Position numbers and translations under genes: made by a program. From assembly GCA_964016885.1 (NCBI GenBank), contig OZ024740.1:286564001-286628000 (forward strand): a stretch of 64,000 nucleotides of DNA. The letters are read 5' to 3'. How positions within the stretch are numbered: the stretch's first letter is position 1; each line of letters opens with the position of its first letter. Positions 61,439-64,000 of this stretch are shown piece by piece. Below the pieces are notes generated by a model. The model was not told where the DNA came from, ran no database searches, and worked only from the letters and a program-made list of their open reading frames with translations. Source of the stretch: Eledone cirrhosa (taxonomy: Eukaryota).

Positions 61439-64000
61439 AGACCGGTCATATTGAATATAATATTGTTCTAGATACACTGCTTGAAAAAGAAGCTGACCTG
61501 GGTCTAAGCAACAAAAACAACAAAAATATTACTAAAGATTACTTTAAGCACCAGTATAGAAGACTGAAAAATTGGGATGAAGGTAGCTGTAATCCCTCTC
61601 CTTTTGAGATGTCTCCTGTATGCTTGCAACAGAGTGGATGCTGATAAAGCTCCCAATGGCCAAGTGGTGGAGTTAAACCGGGTGACCAATTAAGTCAACT
61701 ATCCAAATAGACCATGTGGGGATTCAAATAATAAATACCACAAAACATATTGTCCTATGCTCTAACCACTCTGTTAAAGAATACTTATAATTAAAGTAAA
61801 TAAAAATAGTGTAATATGAAATATGCATTGAGAATGAAATAAACACAACAATGAGTGTTTTTAGACCATCTTCTTTGTTAAAGTAGGGTTTAGCATTGAG
61901 GGCCCCATGACAAGCTTCTCCGGTTTTTTTCCTATCATCTGCACTTCTCTTACTAAACCTCAGCTTTGATTTTCTCCTCCATCTTTTTTAACCATGTCTT
62001 TCTTAGTTTTTCCATTCCTCTATTTCCTTCCATATTTCTTCCCATCACTTCTCTCACCCAGTCACTTTTATCCTTCCTCAACACATGACCCAACCATTTC
62101 ATTAAATAACAAATAGAAATAATAATACAGCAAAGCTTTACATATATATCTAGGATTTATAATTTTGGGTGCCAAAATTTACCACTCCCACAATAAAAAA
62201 AATCATTTTAGTCATTTGCTTATGCATGCATGGAGATAAGAAAGTTAATACCATTAAAATAGTTTTATTATCTTGGTTTATTTTGTTGTTGTTTTAGAGA
62301 CCACCTTGTTGTAAAATGTGAAATATGTCTTGTGTGTATGTGTGTAATATTATTTTAAACATAATATTTAATGATGATAATGATGGTGATGTTGATGAGA
62401 AAGAGAAGAATGTTGATGAAAATGATGCTGGTGCTAATGGTGATGATGATGATGATGATGCTGAGGATGAGGAGGAGGAGGAATATCAGCCATGAGGTGT
62501 ATGTATCAGCTTGACAGTCAAATCAAAATCAACATGAATGGCAGCAGATTAAAAGTGCTAAAGTATTTCTTATCTACACAACAATTTATTCAGTGATTTA
62601 TTTGACTTTCCAATGGATTCATATGAGCTGGCTTTAGTATTGTTATTGCTATAACTGTTATTTCTAAAATTTTAGCTATCACTGTTGCTGTTACTACCAG
62701 TACTTGAGAAATGGAAAGTGTCTTTTAAGACAAGTAATATAGAACAAGTTGCAGCATTATCATGGGAGTAATTCTGCTTCATTTCCATGTTGATCGCAAA
62801 TGGTATATCTGGCTTTGAAAAGAGAAGCAACAAGTATAAAGAAACATATAAATTAACTAAAACAGACAAATTTTTATAGCCAAAATCATTTGATATTATC
62901 CCATGTGATTTGTAAGCTTAAGCAAAGTTGTCACAATGATGTTGCTCTTCTGAAAATGTTGTAAGCAAAGTCACTAAGATAAAGGGAGATAAAAATAAGA
63001 TTCTCATTAATAAACAGTACATTTAGTGATTACATTAATGAACTCTAAATTTAAAATATACAGTTTTTACCTGTCAGTTGTTAGCAACTCATAAGCAACA
63101 AGCATCAGAATCCACCATAGACGTTTGTTTATTCATACTTTGCAATTTTTAAACTGAGATTGTTATTTGAAAGCAGTATCTGCCATTTAACATTGTAGTA
63201 AAGATACAAGATTCCCTTCTTGTGGGTTTATGAACAGTATATGTCAAAGAGTACTTTAAAATAGTGAACTCAATTTAGTTTATGTAATACATGTACTAAC
63301 ATTAGAACAGGTTGGAATGAATGCTAATTGCTATAATTCACGACTAACAACATATTCTGATTCTGTTAATGTGGTTTCAGTACATTTATAACATTCTAAT
63401 GATTCTCTTCATTTTGGCTGCTCCTGGAAAAGATTATAAATGCTTTTTTATGGTAGTAACATTCATAAATGACAGGATTGCCTTGCGATTGTCCTTGTCG
63501 TTCATGAATTAAAAAAAAAAAAATAAATAAAAATTAAAAAACGTATCACTATTCAGAGATATGCTGATCTAATAATGATTTTTAATTTAGGCATAAACCC
63601 ATCAATTAGTATGGTGAGCAAAGTCAGTTAAATCAACCCATTAAATTGCTGGCCTCAAACATAAATCATTATTTATAGTAATTGCAACAAATAGAAGGAT
63701 GAAAGGCAAATTGAGTATGGTGGGATTTGAAAATAGGAGATAAAAGGCTAGAAGAAATACCACAAGGTTCTTTGTCTAATACTCTAACAATTCTGCCAAT
63801 CTGCTGCCCTCTTGCTGATCTAATAAGTCATCAAGTACTATTTTTGCAGTTTTTGCAGCTGTTTTAGATTCCTCACAAAAATCAATTGTTGCAATTACTG
63901 TAAATAATGGTTTATGTTCTAGGCCAGCAATTTAATGGGGGAGTGAGGAGTCAGTTAAATTGACCTAGTACTTTATTTTATTGATCACAGAAGAATGAAA

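Noticed and set aside
62370-62494. Acidic reading NDDNDGDVDEKE...DDDDAEDEEEEEYQP*
   Set aside because: A degenerate (GAT)n/(GAG)n tract with no start codon or clear splice acceptor; such tracts are common in this window.
62672-63170. Possible minus-strand exons (short ORF; CAG|GTAAAA donor near 63070)
   Set aside because: Splice-like signals are at chance level for AT-rich DNA, with no domain evidence.

Overview
An AT-rich, microsatellite-dense eukaryotic window. Its SINE and LINE repertoire resembles that of octopus-type cephalopods (inference from family recognition). I found no convincing host protein-coding exon; nearly all long ORFs in the track are translated (TA)n/(TG)n/(TATG)n repeats. 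The real coding content is transposon-derived. It includes one uninterrupted 1061-aa RTE-clade LINE ORF (25149-28334, minus) with endonuclease, RT and an internal C4HC3 PHD-type finger, many decayed RTE copies, an internally deleted Helitron Rep gene, a CRE-like non-LTR relic, a hAT transposase relic and a Penelope GIY-YIG relic. There are also many tRNA-derived SINE copies and several MITEs (hAT, Tc1/mariner, piggyBac types). The most notable structures are: three Helitrons nested one inside another at exact A|T junctions (10217-14850); several hammerhead-ribozyme-like cores, one overlapping a competing hairpin (57575-57675); a co-varying, copy-number-variable hairpin module in the shared LINE/SINE 3' tails; SINEs stacked at one target site; and several inverted-repeat pairs that could form dsRNA. 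All assignments are by eye; no searches or folding were run.
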